DNA of 64,000 nucleotides, from positions 76,103 through 140,102 of the forward strand of contig JAFTFX010000006.1 of the NCBI GenBank assembly GCA_017458225.1, written 5' to 3'. The stretch is from Prevotella sp. GTDB taxonomy: Bacteria > Bacteroidota > Bacteroidia > Bacteroidales > Bacteroidaceae. Shown piece by piece: positions 29,368-42,509 of the stretch (position 1 is the stretch's first letter; each line of letters opens with the position of its first letter). Under the pieces are notes generated by a model that had not been told where the DNA came from, searched no databases, and saw nothing but the letters and a program-made list of their open reading frames with translations. Position numbers and translations under genes: made by a program.

Positions 29368-30238
29368 TCATGATTTCCGACATACGCTGCAGTGTTGAGA
29401 TGCGCGTGGGCACCAGCGGCAGTCGCAACACGTTCTCAATGAAGCCCATCTCGTGGAGCATAGCCTTCACGCCTGCAGGGTTGCCGTCAACGAAGAGCAG
29501 TGAGAACAGGTCGGTAAAGCGGTGATGAATCTTACGGGCAGGATCGTATTCGCCACGCATCTGCAGGCGAATCATCTTCGAGAACTCCTTCGGCAGAGCA
29601 TTGCCAATAACTGAAATCACGCCAACGGCACCACAACTGACCATAGGGAATGTCAACGAGTCATCGCCAGAAATCACGTCAAACTCTTTCGGCTTGTTCT
29701 TGATAATCTCGTCAACCTGCTCCAGATTGCCACTGGCCTCCTTGATGGCCACGATGTTCTTGCAATCGCGAGCCAGACGCACTGTCGTAGCAGCCTGCAG
29801 GTTCACGCCCGTTCGGCCAGGCACATTATAGAGCACAACGGGCAGTTCTGTAGCAGCCGCTATAGCCTTGAAATGCTGATAAAGGCCCTCCTGCGAAGGC
29901 TTATTATAATAAGGGCAGACACTCAGCACACCATCGATGCCACGAAAATCTCCGTCCTTTAGTTCACGTACCACTGCTGCCGTATTATTACCGCCACATC
30001 CCATCAGAATGGGTACACGACCACGCACACGGTCAACAATCAAGTTCTTGATGTTCAGTTTTTCTTCAGCCGAAAGTGTTGGTGTTTCGCCTGTCGTAGC
30101 AAGAATGCAGAAGAAATCGGCACCGTTATCCAATTGATAGTCAACCAAGCGCAATAGCGCATCATAGTCTACCTCGCCGTTCTGCTTGAAGGGAGTTATC
30201 AGGGCAATTCCCAAGCCCTTGAAAATATTACGTACCAT
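29351..30238 (-). CDS. dapA: 4-hydroxy-tetrahydrodipicolinate synthase
   Basis: ALITPF, ATTGE, PYYNKPSQEG, LYNVPGRTG, AIKEASG and SGDD motifs; ATG 30238. Confidence 0.95.
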   Translation of the reverse strand: MVRNIFKGLGIALITPFKQNGEVDYDALLRLVDYQLDNGADFFCILATTGETPTLSAEEKLNIKNLIVDRVRGRVPILMGCGGNNTAAVVRELKDGDFRGIDGVLSVCPYYNKPSQEGLYQHFKAIAAATELPVVLYNVPGRTGVNLQAATTVRLARDCKNIVAIKEASGNLEQVDEIIKNKPKEFDVISGDDSLTFPMVSCGAVGVISVIGNALPKEFSKMIRLQMRGEYDPARKIHHRFTDLFSLLFVDGNPAGVKAMLHEMGFIENVLRLPLVPTRISTLQRMSEIMKELKI

Positions 30239-30249
30239 AAAAGTGAGAG

Positions 30250-30573
30250 CTATTTGACGGTGACTTTCCGAACCACCTTGCCCACTTTCAGGATATAACA
30301 ACCTTTCGGTATGTTCAGTTCTATCCGTTGAGCAGGGCTGTCAATTCGGTAGGAAGCCACTTGACGGCCTGTCAGCGACACGACCTCGAGCACCAGTCCT
30401 GTAGCACCAGTTACCTGAACGCTATTCGCCTCAACTGTGATGCTGACATTTCTTTCTGGTTCTACTTGCTCAGCAACGCCCATTTCCATAGCCATCAACA
30501 TCGGTTCAGCTTGCATGGAAACAGCTGCAGTCATACATAAAAAAGAAGAAAATATAAGTAGTCTTTTGCGCAT
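30250..30573 (-). CDS. Small secreted protein consisting mainly of a T9SS CTD-like domain
   Basis: Signal peptide followed by EVVSLTGRQV...IPKGCYILKVG..VRKVTVK; -7 box at 30592-30599. Confidence 0.7.
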   Translation of the reverse strand: MRKRLLIFSSFLCMTAAVSMQAEPMLMAMEMGVAEQVEPERNVSITVEANSVQVTGATGLVLEVVSLTGRQVASYRIDSPAQRIELNIPKGCYILKVGKVVRKVTVK

Positions 30574-30638
30574 AAGATCATATATTTTCTGCAAAAATAG
30601 GGAAATTATTCATATTATGCAAATAATTTTGAAAGAAA

Positions 30639-30675
30639 ATGCTGATAACAGCAACAATTTGGCTGTTATCAGCAT
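30639..30675 (-). terminator. Intrinsic terminator of the beta-galactosidase gene
   Basis: 14-bp stem ATGCTGATAACAGC/GCTGTTATCAGCAT followed by a T-rich tract on the minus strand. Confidence 0.75.
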
Positions 30676-30703
30676 GAATAGACGCAGAGTTTTTCTTGAA
30701 AAA

Positions 30704-33880
<3,177 letters not shown>

Positions 33881-34594
33881 TCACTCATAGTCGTCGATGA
33901 CCGCATTCATGAAGTCCATCATCGGCTTGGCAGTACGGAAGATTTTCTCCATTTCGTCAAGCCAACGGTCACCCTCGAAGAAGTCGTTGTCCACGTGGTG
34001 CCAGGCGCAATAGTCTTTTAGACGCAGATAGCGGACGTACTCGTAATCGCGAGGGAAGCCCGAAGGACAAGTTTTCAGTTTTGTCAGACCGAAGCCTTGC
34101 TGAGAATCCCATGACTCGTTCCAATCCAGCGTGTCTTCCTGCGCACTGAAATATTTCTTAAAATCCTTGCTCTCTACCGCTTTCAGCCATTCTTCCTCGT
34201 TGGCCATGATCTCGTTGCGGCAAGAGGTCAGTATATTTGTGGGCAGCCAGTAATTACCAACAGCCAACAAACAATGGTCGGGTTCCAGATGAATATAGTA
34301 GCCACCACGCAAAGCTTTTTTACCCTTTGCATTGATATAGGCCCCGAAATGGTTCTTATAGGGCGACTTATCGGCAGAAAAGCGCGTGTCGCGATAGAAA
34401 CGATAGACACAGTCCTTCACCGTCTGATTACCGATGGAAGGATCGAACGAAACGATGCGCTCCAATGCTTGTGCCACACCACACTCCCACTCTACTCTGA
34501 CAGCCTCATATTCCGCCTTGTGTTCTTGAAACCAAGGACGGTTGTTATTAGCCATGACGGCTTTCAAAAAATCATGTATTCTTTTAGAGTCCAT
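33881..34594 (-). CDS. DUF2461-family protein
   Basis: NNNRPWF, RFYRDTRFSADKSPYK and GGYYIHLEP motifs. Confidence 0.88.
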   Translation of the reverse strand: MDSKRIHDFLKAVMANNNRPWFQEHKAEYEAVRVEWECGVAQALERIVSFDPSIGNQTVKDCVYRFYRDTRFSADKSPYKNHFGAYINAKGKKALRGGYYIHLEPDHCLLAVGNYWLPTNILTSCRNEIMANEEEWLKAVESKDFKKYFSAQEDTLDWNESWDSQQGFGLTKLKTCPSGFPRDYEYVRYLRLKDYCAWHHVDNDFFEGDRWLDEMEKIFRTAKPMMDFMNAVIDDYE

Positions 34595-34625
34595 TTTCTA
34601 TGTTTTTTCTTCAGTGTCAACACGC

Positions 34626-35378
34626 TTATGCGAACATCAGCTTACTACGGCATGTCTCTGTGCCGTCGCTTCTCATAATCCTTACGCAGTATTCCTGTTC
34701 ACCCGTCTGCTCACGATAGAACGACAGTCGGTCGCCTTCATGCGCCTCGGCTACATAGGCTATCTCAAAGCGCTTCAAGAAATGTTCTTTATACCACTCG
34801 AGCGGCCACAGGTCCAAAACGTGTTCGATATACTTCACCGAATTGATATGTCCGTTGATGTCCACATCGTTATAATGGGTATCTATCGTGCGTATGAACT
34901 CAGCATTGTCTGACATTTTCACGCGCCCACCTTTCTCTATAGGACACGGCTTCTCTTTTTCAATCCACTGGTTGATGGCACCGTCGTGGATTGACAATAT
35001 ATCCGTGGGCTGCCGACTCTCTGTGTCGATCATTGCCCACACGCTGCGACCATAGCCAAACACTTTCTCTTCGCCGTTTTCTGTCTTTCCTACCACGCGG
35101 AAATTACGGTTAGTGAAGTAGCGCATGGCTCCCTCCACCCACGTCTCCACGTTGAACTTGGTATATTGACTGGGCATTTCCTCCATCTCTATCGCCAGTC
35201 GCGACAACACCCACGAGCGCTGTATCGTCATCAGATAGCGCATACCAAAACCACGGTCCGTAGAGTGGAAGTCGGCTGCATTCAGCATGTGGTTGCCCAG
35301 ATGTCCCATGAACAACTTTCCCTGAAAGTCGCAATGGAACGGCTCTGCCATAAATTCGTATATTCCTACTTTTTCCAT
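34626..35378 (-). CDS. Acyl-ACP thioesterase
   Basis: WVLSRL, SVWAMID and DVDINGHINSVKY motifs. Confidence 0.88.
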   Translation of the reverse strand: MEKVGIYEFMAEPFHCDFQGKLFMGHLGNHMLNAADFHSTDRGFGMRYLMTIQRSWVLSRLAIEMEEMPSQYTKFNVETWVEGAMRYFTNRNFRVVGKTENGEEKVFGYGRSVWAMIDTESRQPTDILSIHDGAINQWIEKEKPCPIEKGGRVKMSDNAEFIRTIDTHYNDVDINGHINSVKYIEHVLDLWPLEWYKEHFLKRFEIAYVAEAHEGDRLSFYREQTGEQEYCVRIMRSDGTETCRSKLMFA

Positions 35379-35382
35379 TATT

Positions 35383-35970
35383 CTATTCTCCAAAACTCAG
35401 TTTTTTCAGTTTCGTCCTCAACTGCTCAGCCTCCGACTTTCGAATACTCAGCGTCACCTGACAGTCGTTGTCGTAGGTCTGACTGACAATGCGCGGCTGC
35501 ATTTCCTTCACCACCCTCATCACATCGTTCATCATCAGATAGGGAAAGTCGAAGACTACCGTTTCCTCTACCTGACGAGTGACAATCTCTGCATGGGCAA
35601 TAGCATCGGCGGCAGCCTCACGATAAGCCACTATCAATCCGCTGGTTCCCAGATTCACTCCTCCATAATAGCGCACCACGACAATCAGAATATCAGTCAG
35701 CTCATTGCTGTTGATCTGTCCCAAGATTGGTTTGCCTGCCGTTGACGAGGGTTCTCCGTCGTCGTTAGCACGGAAGTCTTTTCTGTCGGCTCCCAACATA
35801 TAGGCATAGCAAACATGACGGGCATCAAAATACTTCTTGCGATAAGCCGCCAGAATGTTTTTTATCTCATCAACCGTCTCTACATGATGGACAAAAGCGA
35901 GGAATTTACTCCGTTTTTCAGAGTAAAATCCCTCGCTTGTACCTGTTATCGTCTTAAACTCGTCAGTCAA
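35383..35970 (-). CDS. yigZ: YigZ/IMPACT-family protein
   Basis: KRSKF, ARHVCYAY, DDGEPSSTAG and RYYGGVNLGTSGL motifs; TTG start. Confidence 0.9.
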   Translation of the reverse strand: MTDEFKTITGTSEGFYSEKRSKFLAFVHHVETVDEIKNILAAYRKKYFDARHVCYAYMLGADRKDFRANDDGEPSSTAGKPILGQINSNELTDILIVVVRYYGGVNLGTSGLIVAYREAAADAIAHAEIVTRQVEETVVFDFPYLMMNDVMRVVKEMQPRIVSQTYDNDCQVTLSIRKSEAEQLRTKLKKLSFGE

Positions 35971-35974
35971 AATA

Positions 35975-37222
35975 TCAAACTAATTTATGGATGACAAGTC
36001 CAGAACGCAGTTTCGGTTCAAACCAAGTAGCCTTCGGCGGCATGATCTTTCCGCTGTCGGCAATATCCATGATCTGCTGCATGGAGACAGGATAGAGCGC
36101 CAGAGCCATGCGCATCTCGCCGCTGTCCACCCGACGCTTCAGTTCACCAAGACCACGCAGTCCTCCCACGAAGTCGATTCGTTTATCGGAACGCAGATCC
36201 TTGATGCCCAGAATCTCGTCGAGAATCAGTCGGCTGGAAATATCAACATCAAGCACACCGATAGGGTCGTTGTTGTCATAGGTACCCTCCTTGGCCTTCA
36301 GGCTATACCAATGCTCGTCCAGATAGAGCGAGAACTCATGCAGCTGCTGCGGCTTGTAGATATCAGTACCCTTGTCTTCCACAACAAAGTTCTTCTGCAG
36401 GGCAGCCAAGAACAGTTCAGACGTAAGTCCGTTCAGGTCTTTCACCACGCGGTTGTAGTCGAGGATGGTGAGCTGTGATGCCTGGAAGCACACGGCCATA
36501 AAATAGTTGTATTCTTCCTTACCTGTGTGATTAGGATTCTGCTTCTGCTTTTCTGCTCCGACCAATGCTGCAGCAGCAGAACGATGATGTCCGTCGGCAA
36601 TATACATTGTAGGCATCTTGGCAAACTCGGTGGTGATGGTCTTCATGTCCTGCTCGTCGCTGATCACCCAGAACTGATGACGGAAGCCGTCGATGGGAGC
36701 AATGAAGTCATACTCCGGCTCGGTGGCAGCATAGCGCATAATGAGCTTATCAAGCACCTCATTGTCTGGATAGGCGAAAAACACTGGTTCGATGTTGGCA
36801 TTGTTCACACGCACATGCTTCATGCGGTCTTCCTCCTTGTCGCGACGGGTCAGCTCGTGCTTCTTGATGCGTCCCTGCATATAGTCGTCAACCAAGGCAC
36901 CTACAACCAAGCCATACTGCGTCTTTCCGTTCATGGTCTGGGCGTAGATATAATAGTGTTCCTGGTCGTCCTGTACCAGCCAGCCTTTATCCTGGAACCT
37001 CTGGAAGTTCTCGGCAGCCTTCTCATAGACGCGAGGATCATATTCGCTCGTTCCAACAGGGAAGTCTATTTCTGGCTTGATGATGTGATAAAGACTCTTT
37101 TCGTTGTCGCCAGCCTCAGCACGGGCCTCTTCGGAATCGAGCACATCGTATGGACGGCTCTCCACCTGCTCCACCAGTTCTTTGGGAGGGCGTATTCCTT
37201 TAAATGGTTTGATTGTTGCCAT
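35975..37222 (-). CDS. DUF1015-family protein
   Basis: PYDV, IKKHELT, YIADGHHRSA and MPPKATWFEPKLRSGL motifs; -7 box at 37255-37262. Confidence 0.9.
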   Translation of the reverse strand: MATIKPFKGIRPPKELVEQVESRPYDVLDSEEARAEAGDNEKSLYHIIKPEIDFPVGTSEYDPRVYEKAAENFQRFQDKGWLVQDDQEHYYIYAQTMNGKTQYGLVVGALVDDYMQGRIKKHELTRRDKEEDRMKHVRVNNANIEPVFFAYPDNEVLDKLIMRYAATEPEYDFIAPIDGFRHQFWVISDEQDMKTITTEFAKMPTMYIADGHHRSAAAALVGAEKQKQNPNHTGKEEYNYFMAVCFQASQLTILDYNRVVKDLNGLTSELFLAALQKNFVVEDKGTDIYKPQQLHEFSLYLDEHWYSLKAKEGTYDNNDPIGVLDVDISSRLILDEILGIKDLRSDKRIDFVGGLRGLGELKRRVDSGEMRMALALYPVSMQQIMDIADSGKIMPPKATWFEPKLRSGLVIHKLV

Positions 37223-37333
37223 AGTTATAGTCTTACATAATAGAGATTTGCATGCAAAGATACGAAAAATGAAGGGCAGAACGCCATTTAGACTGTTAAT
37301 CTAACAAAAAACTCGCAAAAAGATATATCTTTC

Positions 37334-38251
37334 CTAATGGCTGCCGATGTACAGGCATATCATGCCGAGCAATACCAGTGCCAAGTCGAAGGCCTTAGCC
37401 TTGAGATTCTTCTCGTGGAAGAACATAGCGCCGAAGAGGAAACTGACGATAACAGAGCCTCGCCGCACCATTGAGACGATGCTGATCAATGCATCGGGCA
37501 GCGACAGGGAGTAGAAATAAACGAAGTCGGCCGTGCTGAGAAACAGGCTGACACCAATGATGGCCCAATCCCAGTGGAAGGGAGTTGTCTGTTCGTGCTT
37601 GGGCCACCAAAGCAGCATGAGCATTGCCAGCATCATGAAGCACTGGTAGATGTTGTACCACGACTGCACCATCATGCGGTCGAGCCCCACTCCACCCGAC
37701 TCTACCGGAGCCATGAGATACTTGTCGTAGAGTCCGCTGACAGCCCCCAAGACGGCAGCACCCACAATCATATAAATCCAATGATCGTGCTTGAAGTCAA
37801 TACCCTCTTTCTTGCCGCTTCTGCTCAGCAGGAAGAACGATGCCACTGCCAACAGCACACCCACCCATTGCCAGCCGTTCAGCCGTTCGCCAAACACTAG
37901 CAGTGCGCCTACAAGTACCATCACCGGCCGTGTGGCATTGATAGGTCCCACGATGGTCAGCGGCAGATGTTTCATGCCGAAATAGCCAAGCACCCAGCTG
38001 GACAGCACAATCAAAGCCTTCAAGACAATATACTTATGCATCTCCCATCCGCCGGAAGCCACATGGAAGATGGTTCCGTCGAGCACTGTCCCCGTAGCGC
38101 TCAACACGATGAAGGGCAGGAAAATCAGGGAAGAGAAAAGTGTGTTCAGGAAAAGGATGGGAATCACGGCATTGTTCTTCAATGCCTTTTTCTTCAGCGA
38201 ATCATAGACACCCAGAAAGGCGGCCGACATAAATGCTAACAGTAACCACAT
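37334..38251 (-). CDS. EamA/DMT-family transporter
   Basis: About 10 TM helices in two repeats, with GERL and FHEK loops. Confidence 0.85.
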   Translation of the reverse strand: MWLLLAFMSAAFLGVYDSLKKKALKNNAVIPILFLNTLFSSLIFLPFIVLSATGTVLDGTIFHVASGGWEMHKYIVLKALIVLSSWVLGYFGMKHLPLTIVGPINATRPVMVLVGALLVFGERLNGWQWVGVLLAVASFFLLSRSGKKEGIDFKHDHWIYMIVGAAVLGAVSGLYDKYLMAPVESGGVGLDRMMVQSWYNIYQCFMMLAMLMLLWWPKHEQTTPFHWDWAIIGVSLFLSTADFVYFYSLSLPDALISIVSMVRRGSVIVSFLFGAMFFHEKNLKAKAFDLALVLLGMICLYIGSH

Positions 38252-38259
38252 TTTTTCAA

Positions 38260-38988
38260 TCAATATTCTATACGTTCCAGAAACAATGCATTGCCAGGCA
38301 TGGACTCACCAGCTTCAGTACGCCTCTTGCCTTCCACCACACGACGGAAGTCGTCGAGCGACAATCGGCCGCGCCCCACCTCAATCAGCGTGCCCACCAC
38401 AGCGCGTACCATGTTGCGCAGAAAGCGGTTGGCCGTAATCTCAAAGTACCACGTGTCAGCCGAGGTCTGATGCCATTCGGCCTTCGTCACCTTGCACAGC
38501 GTCGTCTTCACGTCGGCATGGGCCTTGCAAAAAGCTCCGAAGTCGTCGTATTCAAGCAGCTGACGGGCTGCCTCATTCATTTTCGGAAAGTCTAACGGAT
38601 AGTGCAACTCACACGAATAATGGTGCAGGAAGGGCGACTTGGCCGTATGTATATAATAGTGGTATGTACGCGATGTTGCCGAGAAACGGGCATGCATGTC
38701 GTCGGCCACTTGTTCAATCTTCTGAATAGCGATATCCGATGGCAGAAACTTGTTCAGCTTGTATGCCAGCTGCACACCATCTATTTCGCTGTCTATATCA
38801 AAATGAGCCACCATCATCCGTGCATGCACGCCAGTATCTGTGCGACCGGCCCCCGTAACGGAGACCTTCTGCCGCAGAAGCACCGACAATGCTTTCTGGA
38901 GTTCTTCCTGCACGGTGGTTCCATTCGGCTGTATCTGCCACCCGTGAAAGCGTGTGCCGTCGTAGCTCAAAGTGATGAAGTAGCGCAT
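38260..38988 (-). CDS. truA: tRNA pseudouridine(38-40) synthase
   Basis: YDGT.FHGWQ, GAGRTDTGVHA and FLRNMVR motifs; -7 box at 39020-39027. Confidence 0.96.
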   Translation of the reverse strand: MRYFITLSYDGTRFHGWQIQPNGTTVQEELQKALSVLLRQKVSVTGAGRTDTGVHARMMVAHFDIDSEIDGVQLAYKLNKFLPSDIAIQKIEQVADDMHARFSATSRTYHYYIHTAKSPFLHHYSCELHYPLDFPKMNEAARQLLEYDDFGAFCKAHADVKTTLCKVTKAEWHQTSADTWYFEITANRFLRNMVRAVVGTLIEVGRGRLSLDDFRRVVEGKRRTEAGESMPGNALFLERIEY

Positions 38989-39092
38989 GGTTCTTGTTAC
39001 CTTTTCATTTTTGAAGTTGCAAAATTACGCAAAAACAACGAAACGCGCAAGAACAGGCGTTTCTTTTTTCACCGACCGCCGCTATATAGCCG

Positions 39093-39124
39093 AAAAAGGG
39101 GAACCTTCTCAGGCTCCCCTTTTT
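39093..39124. terminator. Intrinsic terminator with A/T tails on both sides
   Basis: AAAAAGGGGAACC-TTCTCA-GGCTCCCCTTTTT. Confidence 0.85.
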
Positions 39125-39240
39125 GTTGATCCATTTGCATTATAAAAATAAATACATTGCAAGTGGACATTGCGAAATCTTGTGTCTCACGACACTCTGA
39201 TTTCTAATTAACCTTAATAATCTAATACCATGAAAAACAC
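39093..39240 (-). ncRNA. Putative ~150-nt small regulatory RNA (possibly related to the Bacteroides FopS paralogous sRNA family)
   Basis: Dedicated promoter (-33 TTTG 39273-39276, -7 TATTTTTG 39246-39253); hairpin GTGTC-GTGA-GACAC; terminator GGGGAGCC...GGTTCCCC-TTTTT; no ORF. Confidence 0.7.
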
Positions 39241-39327
39241 ACGTGCAAAAATACTCATTTTTTCGCAATCTGCAAAGAATTGGTGTTCATTTTTACACGC
39301 ATTTAATGTTAATTAACTTTTCATGGC

Positions 39328-39945
39328 TTATAATTCCATGTTTATGCTGCGCAAAGCCGACTTCGATATTCGCTCATAGACAAGGCCTAAATCGGCAAAG
39401 TGCATGACACTCTGCAAGGCTGCTTTTCTGAGTGCGAGGTTCGGCGACTGCAGAGCCACAAGTGCCTGGTCGACAAACTCGTTGATGTCGCGTTCCGTTG
39501 GTTCACATTTCCGCATAAACAGGCGCGACAGGATATGGTAGCCGCATATCTGCGTCAGGTCATTTTCTGACGAGAGCCACAAGAAGGCTTTGTCGGCTGC
39601 ATAGTCAAGATGCTGATAGAGGTTGAAAGCTGCCTGTTCGGCTATCTCCAGTGTTTCCGTCTGCTCCATCCAGAGGTCAACGACCTCAGACAGCATCTGC
39701 TTAGGCGGCATGATCATCGTGGCGAGAATCTTGCATTCGCGCACATTCTCCTTCCACAACTCAATGGCCAAGTCATAGTTAGGACCTATTTCATTGGCCA
39801 TCTCGCGCAATCGGGGAATCGTTGCGCCCCAGTTCAACCGGTAGTTAGCCCCCTTCTCTCTCATAGATGCCGCCGTTGCACCGTCCATAACCAGACGGAA
39901 CGAGCGCTTAATCTCCTGTATCTGTCGTCTGACTTCTTCTGTCAT
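39328..39945 (-). CDS. DNA alkylation repair (AlkD-like, HEAT-repeat) protein
   Basis: NWGATIPRLR and LAIELWKENVRECKILA motifs. Confidence 0.75.
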   Translation of the reverse strand: MTEEVRRQIQEIKRSFRLVMDGATAASMREKGANYRLNWGATIPRLREMANEIGPNYDLAIELWKENVRECKILATMIMPPKQMLSEVVDLWMEQTETLEIAEQAAFNLYQHLDYAADKAFLWLSSENDLTQICGYHILSRLFMRKCEPTERDINEFVDQALVALQSPNLALRKAALQSVMHFADLGLVYERISKSALRSINMEL

Positions 39946-39978
39946 ATTACCATCTATTGTCTAAACACCCAAACTCCT

Positions 39979-41934
39979 TTAAATCAACGTTCCATACTCC
40001 GAGCTGTAGCGCAGCATCTGGTGAGCATAGCTCTCCCCGTAGTAGGGCACCACGTCGGCCACTTCACCTTGTCCGTCGTATTGCAGCAGAAGCATCGGGT
40101 TGATGAAGCCCTTGTAGGGAGCCAGATGGAGCCGTTCGTAGCGAGCAAGAATCTCGTCGTGCAGGGCCGGATCAATCTTGATGGCATACTGTTCAACCAG
40201 CTGTCGGGCCGCTTCGAAGTCGCCCTCGCTCTTGATGCGCTGTATTTCAGCCAGCAGCTCGGCAATGAGCTGTCTGAGTTGCGGATAATCCGTAATCTCC
40301 AGATAGGTCTTTCCGTCCAGTTTCACCAGTCGCATGGCATCGCCGTGCTCCAAGCACCAATGGGCAATCAGGGCGCGGTTGCGCATGTGTGCCTCCTCTA
40401 TCTGGTGACCGCGCTCTATGCGCACCAACTGCGTCAACAGACCGTTCATCATATAGGTATAATACTGTGCCTGATAGGCCGTTTCGTCGGGCACAAGTCC
40501 CAGTTCCACCATCTTGCGGTCGGCCACATAGTAGAGACCAAAGAGATCGGCGCGTGCCTCCTCGATGGTGTTGCCGTATGCCTTCAGCGCATCTGGATCC
40601 GTTCCTGGCAGCAGTTGTCCGCTTCCGTGTCCCAGACACTCATGCAGATCGGTATGCAGATTGTCGAGTGCATCGGCATAACGAGTGATCATGTCAAGCG
40701 TCTTCGGTGAGTCGACGAACTCCTCGCGGAAGCCATTGCCTTGTGCGGCTTTGTCGTAGGCATCGGTGATGTTCGAGATGGTGATGCTCTTCGAACCGTA
40801 TTCCGCACGAATCCAGTCGGCATTAGGCAGGTTGATGCCGATAGCCGTTGAGGGATATTCGTCGCCACCCAGCATCGCTGCACAGATCACCTTTGCCGAC
40901 ACGCCCTTCACCTGCTTCTTCTTGAAGCGAGGGTCTACAGGCGAATGGTCCTCGAACCACTGGGCGTTCTGACTGGTCAGCTCTGTGCGGCGCGTGGCTT
41001 CTTCATCCACATATTCCACCAGTCCTTCCCACGAGCCTTTCAAACCAAGCGGATCGCCGTAGACTTCAATGAAACCGTTGATGAAGTCCACCTTCCCGTC
41101 AAGGGCTTTCACCCACCGTTTGCAGTATTCGTTGAAGTAGCGCAGGTCACCTGTCTCATAGTAAGAAACGAGCAAAGCTATTACTTCCTTTTGTGCTTCA
41201 TTTTCAGTATATTGTGCTGCCTTATTCAACCAAAACACTATCTTCTTGATAGCCTTTGCATAACGGCCTTGCGCGCTCCATTTCACCTCTTCCAGACGGC
41301 CGTTTTTCTTTACCAACGTAGCGTTCAAGCCGTAGGAAACCGGCTCTTGATCGTCGGCCGAAGCAGCCTTTTGAGCAGCATAGAAGTCTTCAGCCTCTTG
41401 CTGCGAAACGCCCTCATAGAAATTGCATGCCGAAGTCTGCACCAGGTCTTCACCGTCGGCCTTGTTCACCCTCTTGGGCATGTACGACGGGTCAAAAACA
41501 ACTGGGGCAATCAGTTCGAACAGTTGCTCTGCCGTCTGCCCGTTTTCGAGTGGCAGACACTTGGGGTCTACCTGCTGCATACAGGCCTTCAGATAGTCTT
41601 TTGAAAAGGCCGGAACGAACTTCTGACTGCCATAGTGGTGATAGATGCCATTGGAGAACCACACGCGCTTCAGATAGACCTCCAACTGCCGGAACTCCTC
41701 AGTCGCATGATCTATCGAGAAGTCTGTATAGATGGCCTCCAGCACCTTGCGGATGCGCAGGTTATAGGCTCCAAACTGGTCAAAGACAATGTCGCGGCCA
41801 AACAGCGTCGCCTGCGACAGGCAATAGACATATTTCTTCTGCTCGAGCGTCAGTTGCTCGAAGCCATTCAGCCGATAGCGCAGCATCTGCAAGTCGGCAA
41901 AGCGCTCATCGGCATATTTAAAATGATCATTCAT
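39979..41934 (-). CDS. Dipeptidyl-peptidase III (M49)
   Basis: HECLGH hexapeptide, EEARAD, GFIEVYGDP and GINLPN motifs. Confidence 0.93.
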   Translation of the reverse strand: MNDHFKYADERFADLQMLRYRLNGFEQLTLEQKKYVYCLSQATLFGRDIVFDQFGAYNLRIRKVLEAIYTDFSIDHATEEFRQLEVYLKRVWFSNGIYHHYGSQKFVPAFSKDYLKACMQQVDPKCLPLENGQTAEQLFELIAPVVFDPSYMPKRVNKADGEDLVQTSACNFYEGVSQQEAEDFYAAQKAASADDQEPVSYGLNATLVKKNGRLEEVKWSAQGRYAKAIKKIVFWLNKAAQYTENEAQKEVIALLVSYYETGDLRYFNEYCKRWVKALDGKVDFINGFIEVYGDPLGLKGSWEGLVEYVDEEATRRTELTSQNAQWFEDHSPVDPRFKKKQVKGVSAKVICAAMLGGDEYPSTAIGINLPNADWIRAEYGSKSITISNITDAYDKAAQGNGFREEFVDSPKTLDMITRYADALDNLHTDLHECLGHGSGQLLPGTDPDALKAYGNTIEEARADLFGLYYVADRKMVELGLVPDETAYQAQYYTYMMNGLLTQLVRIERGHQIEEAHMRNRALIAHWCLEHGDAMRLVKLDGKTYLEITDYPQLRQLIAELLAEIQRIKSEGDFEAARQLVEQYAIKIDPALHDEILARYERLHLAPYKGFINPMLLLQYDGQGEVADVVPYYGESYAHQMLRYSSEYGTLI

Positions 41935-41978
41935 ATTCTGTATTTCCCTTTATTCTTATTCTGTTCCTGTTTACGGTT

Positions 41979-42347
41979 TCACTCCTCCCCCATTTGCTCC
42001 TGTTGCAGTCGGAAAGCTCGCGGCGTCGTTCCCGTGAACCTGACGAAAGCCGCATGGAACGTCTGACGGTAGGCAAAGCCCACCTTGTCGCCAATATCCT
42101 CGATACTCAAGTCACGAAAGTGCCTGTCGCTCAGCAGTTTCATGGCTTCCTTTACGCGGTAGCCGTTCACCAGCGAAGCATAGTTTACATTGAACTCCTG
42201 CCGCAGCACTTCCGACAGGTAGCGTTGGTTGATTCCCAACTCCTCCGCCAGTTTCCTTGCTGTATAGTCGGCAACCAGGTATTTCTTTTCACCCAACAAT
42301 TTCTTCTCTATCAGCTTTTTGATAGCCTCTTTGTTCTTTACAGTCAT
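41979..42347 (-). CDS. Stand-alone AraC-type HTH protein
   Basis: LAEELGINQRYLS...YRVKEA...IGDKVGF...F...TGTTPRAFR; -7 box at 42370-42377. Confidence 0.85.
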   Translation of the reverse strand: MTVKNKEAIKKLIEKKLLGEKKYLVADYTARKLAEELGINQRYLSEVLRQEFNVNYASLVNGYRVKEAMKLLSDRHFRDLSIEDIGDKVGFAYRQTFHAAFVRFTGTTPRAFRLQQEQMGEE

Positions 42348-42509
42348 GCAGCCCCTTCGAATTTCAGTGCAAAAGTACACAAAACAAACCGATTTCTTGT
42401 CAGAATCACAAAAAATCTTTCAAAAGAGCACCTTTATCTCAAGCAAAATAACTACCTTTGCATTGTATATTCACTACTTAATTTTTATTGTATTCAAAAC
42501 CAAAGTATC

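Noticed and set aside
41994-42509. N-terminal extension making the DUF6078 ORF 316 aa
   Set aside because: It is antisense to the AraC gene and upstream of the -7 promoter; the likely start is ATG 42510.
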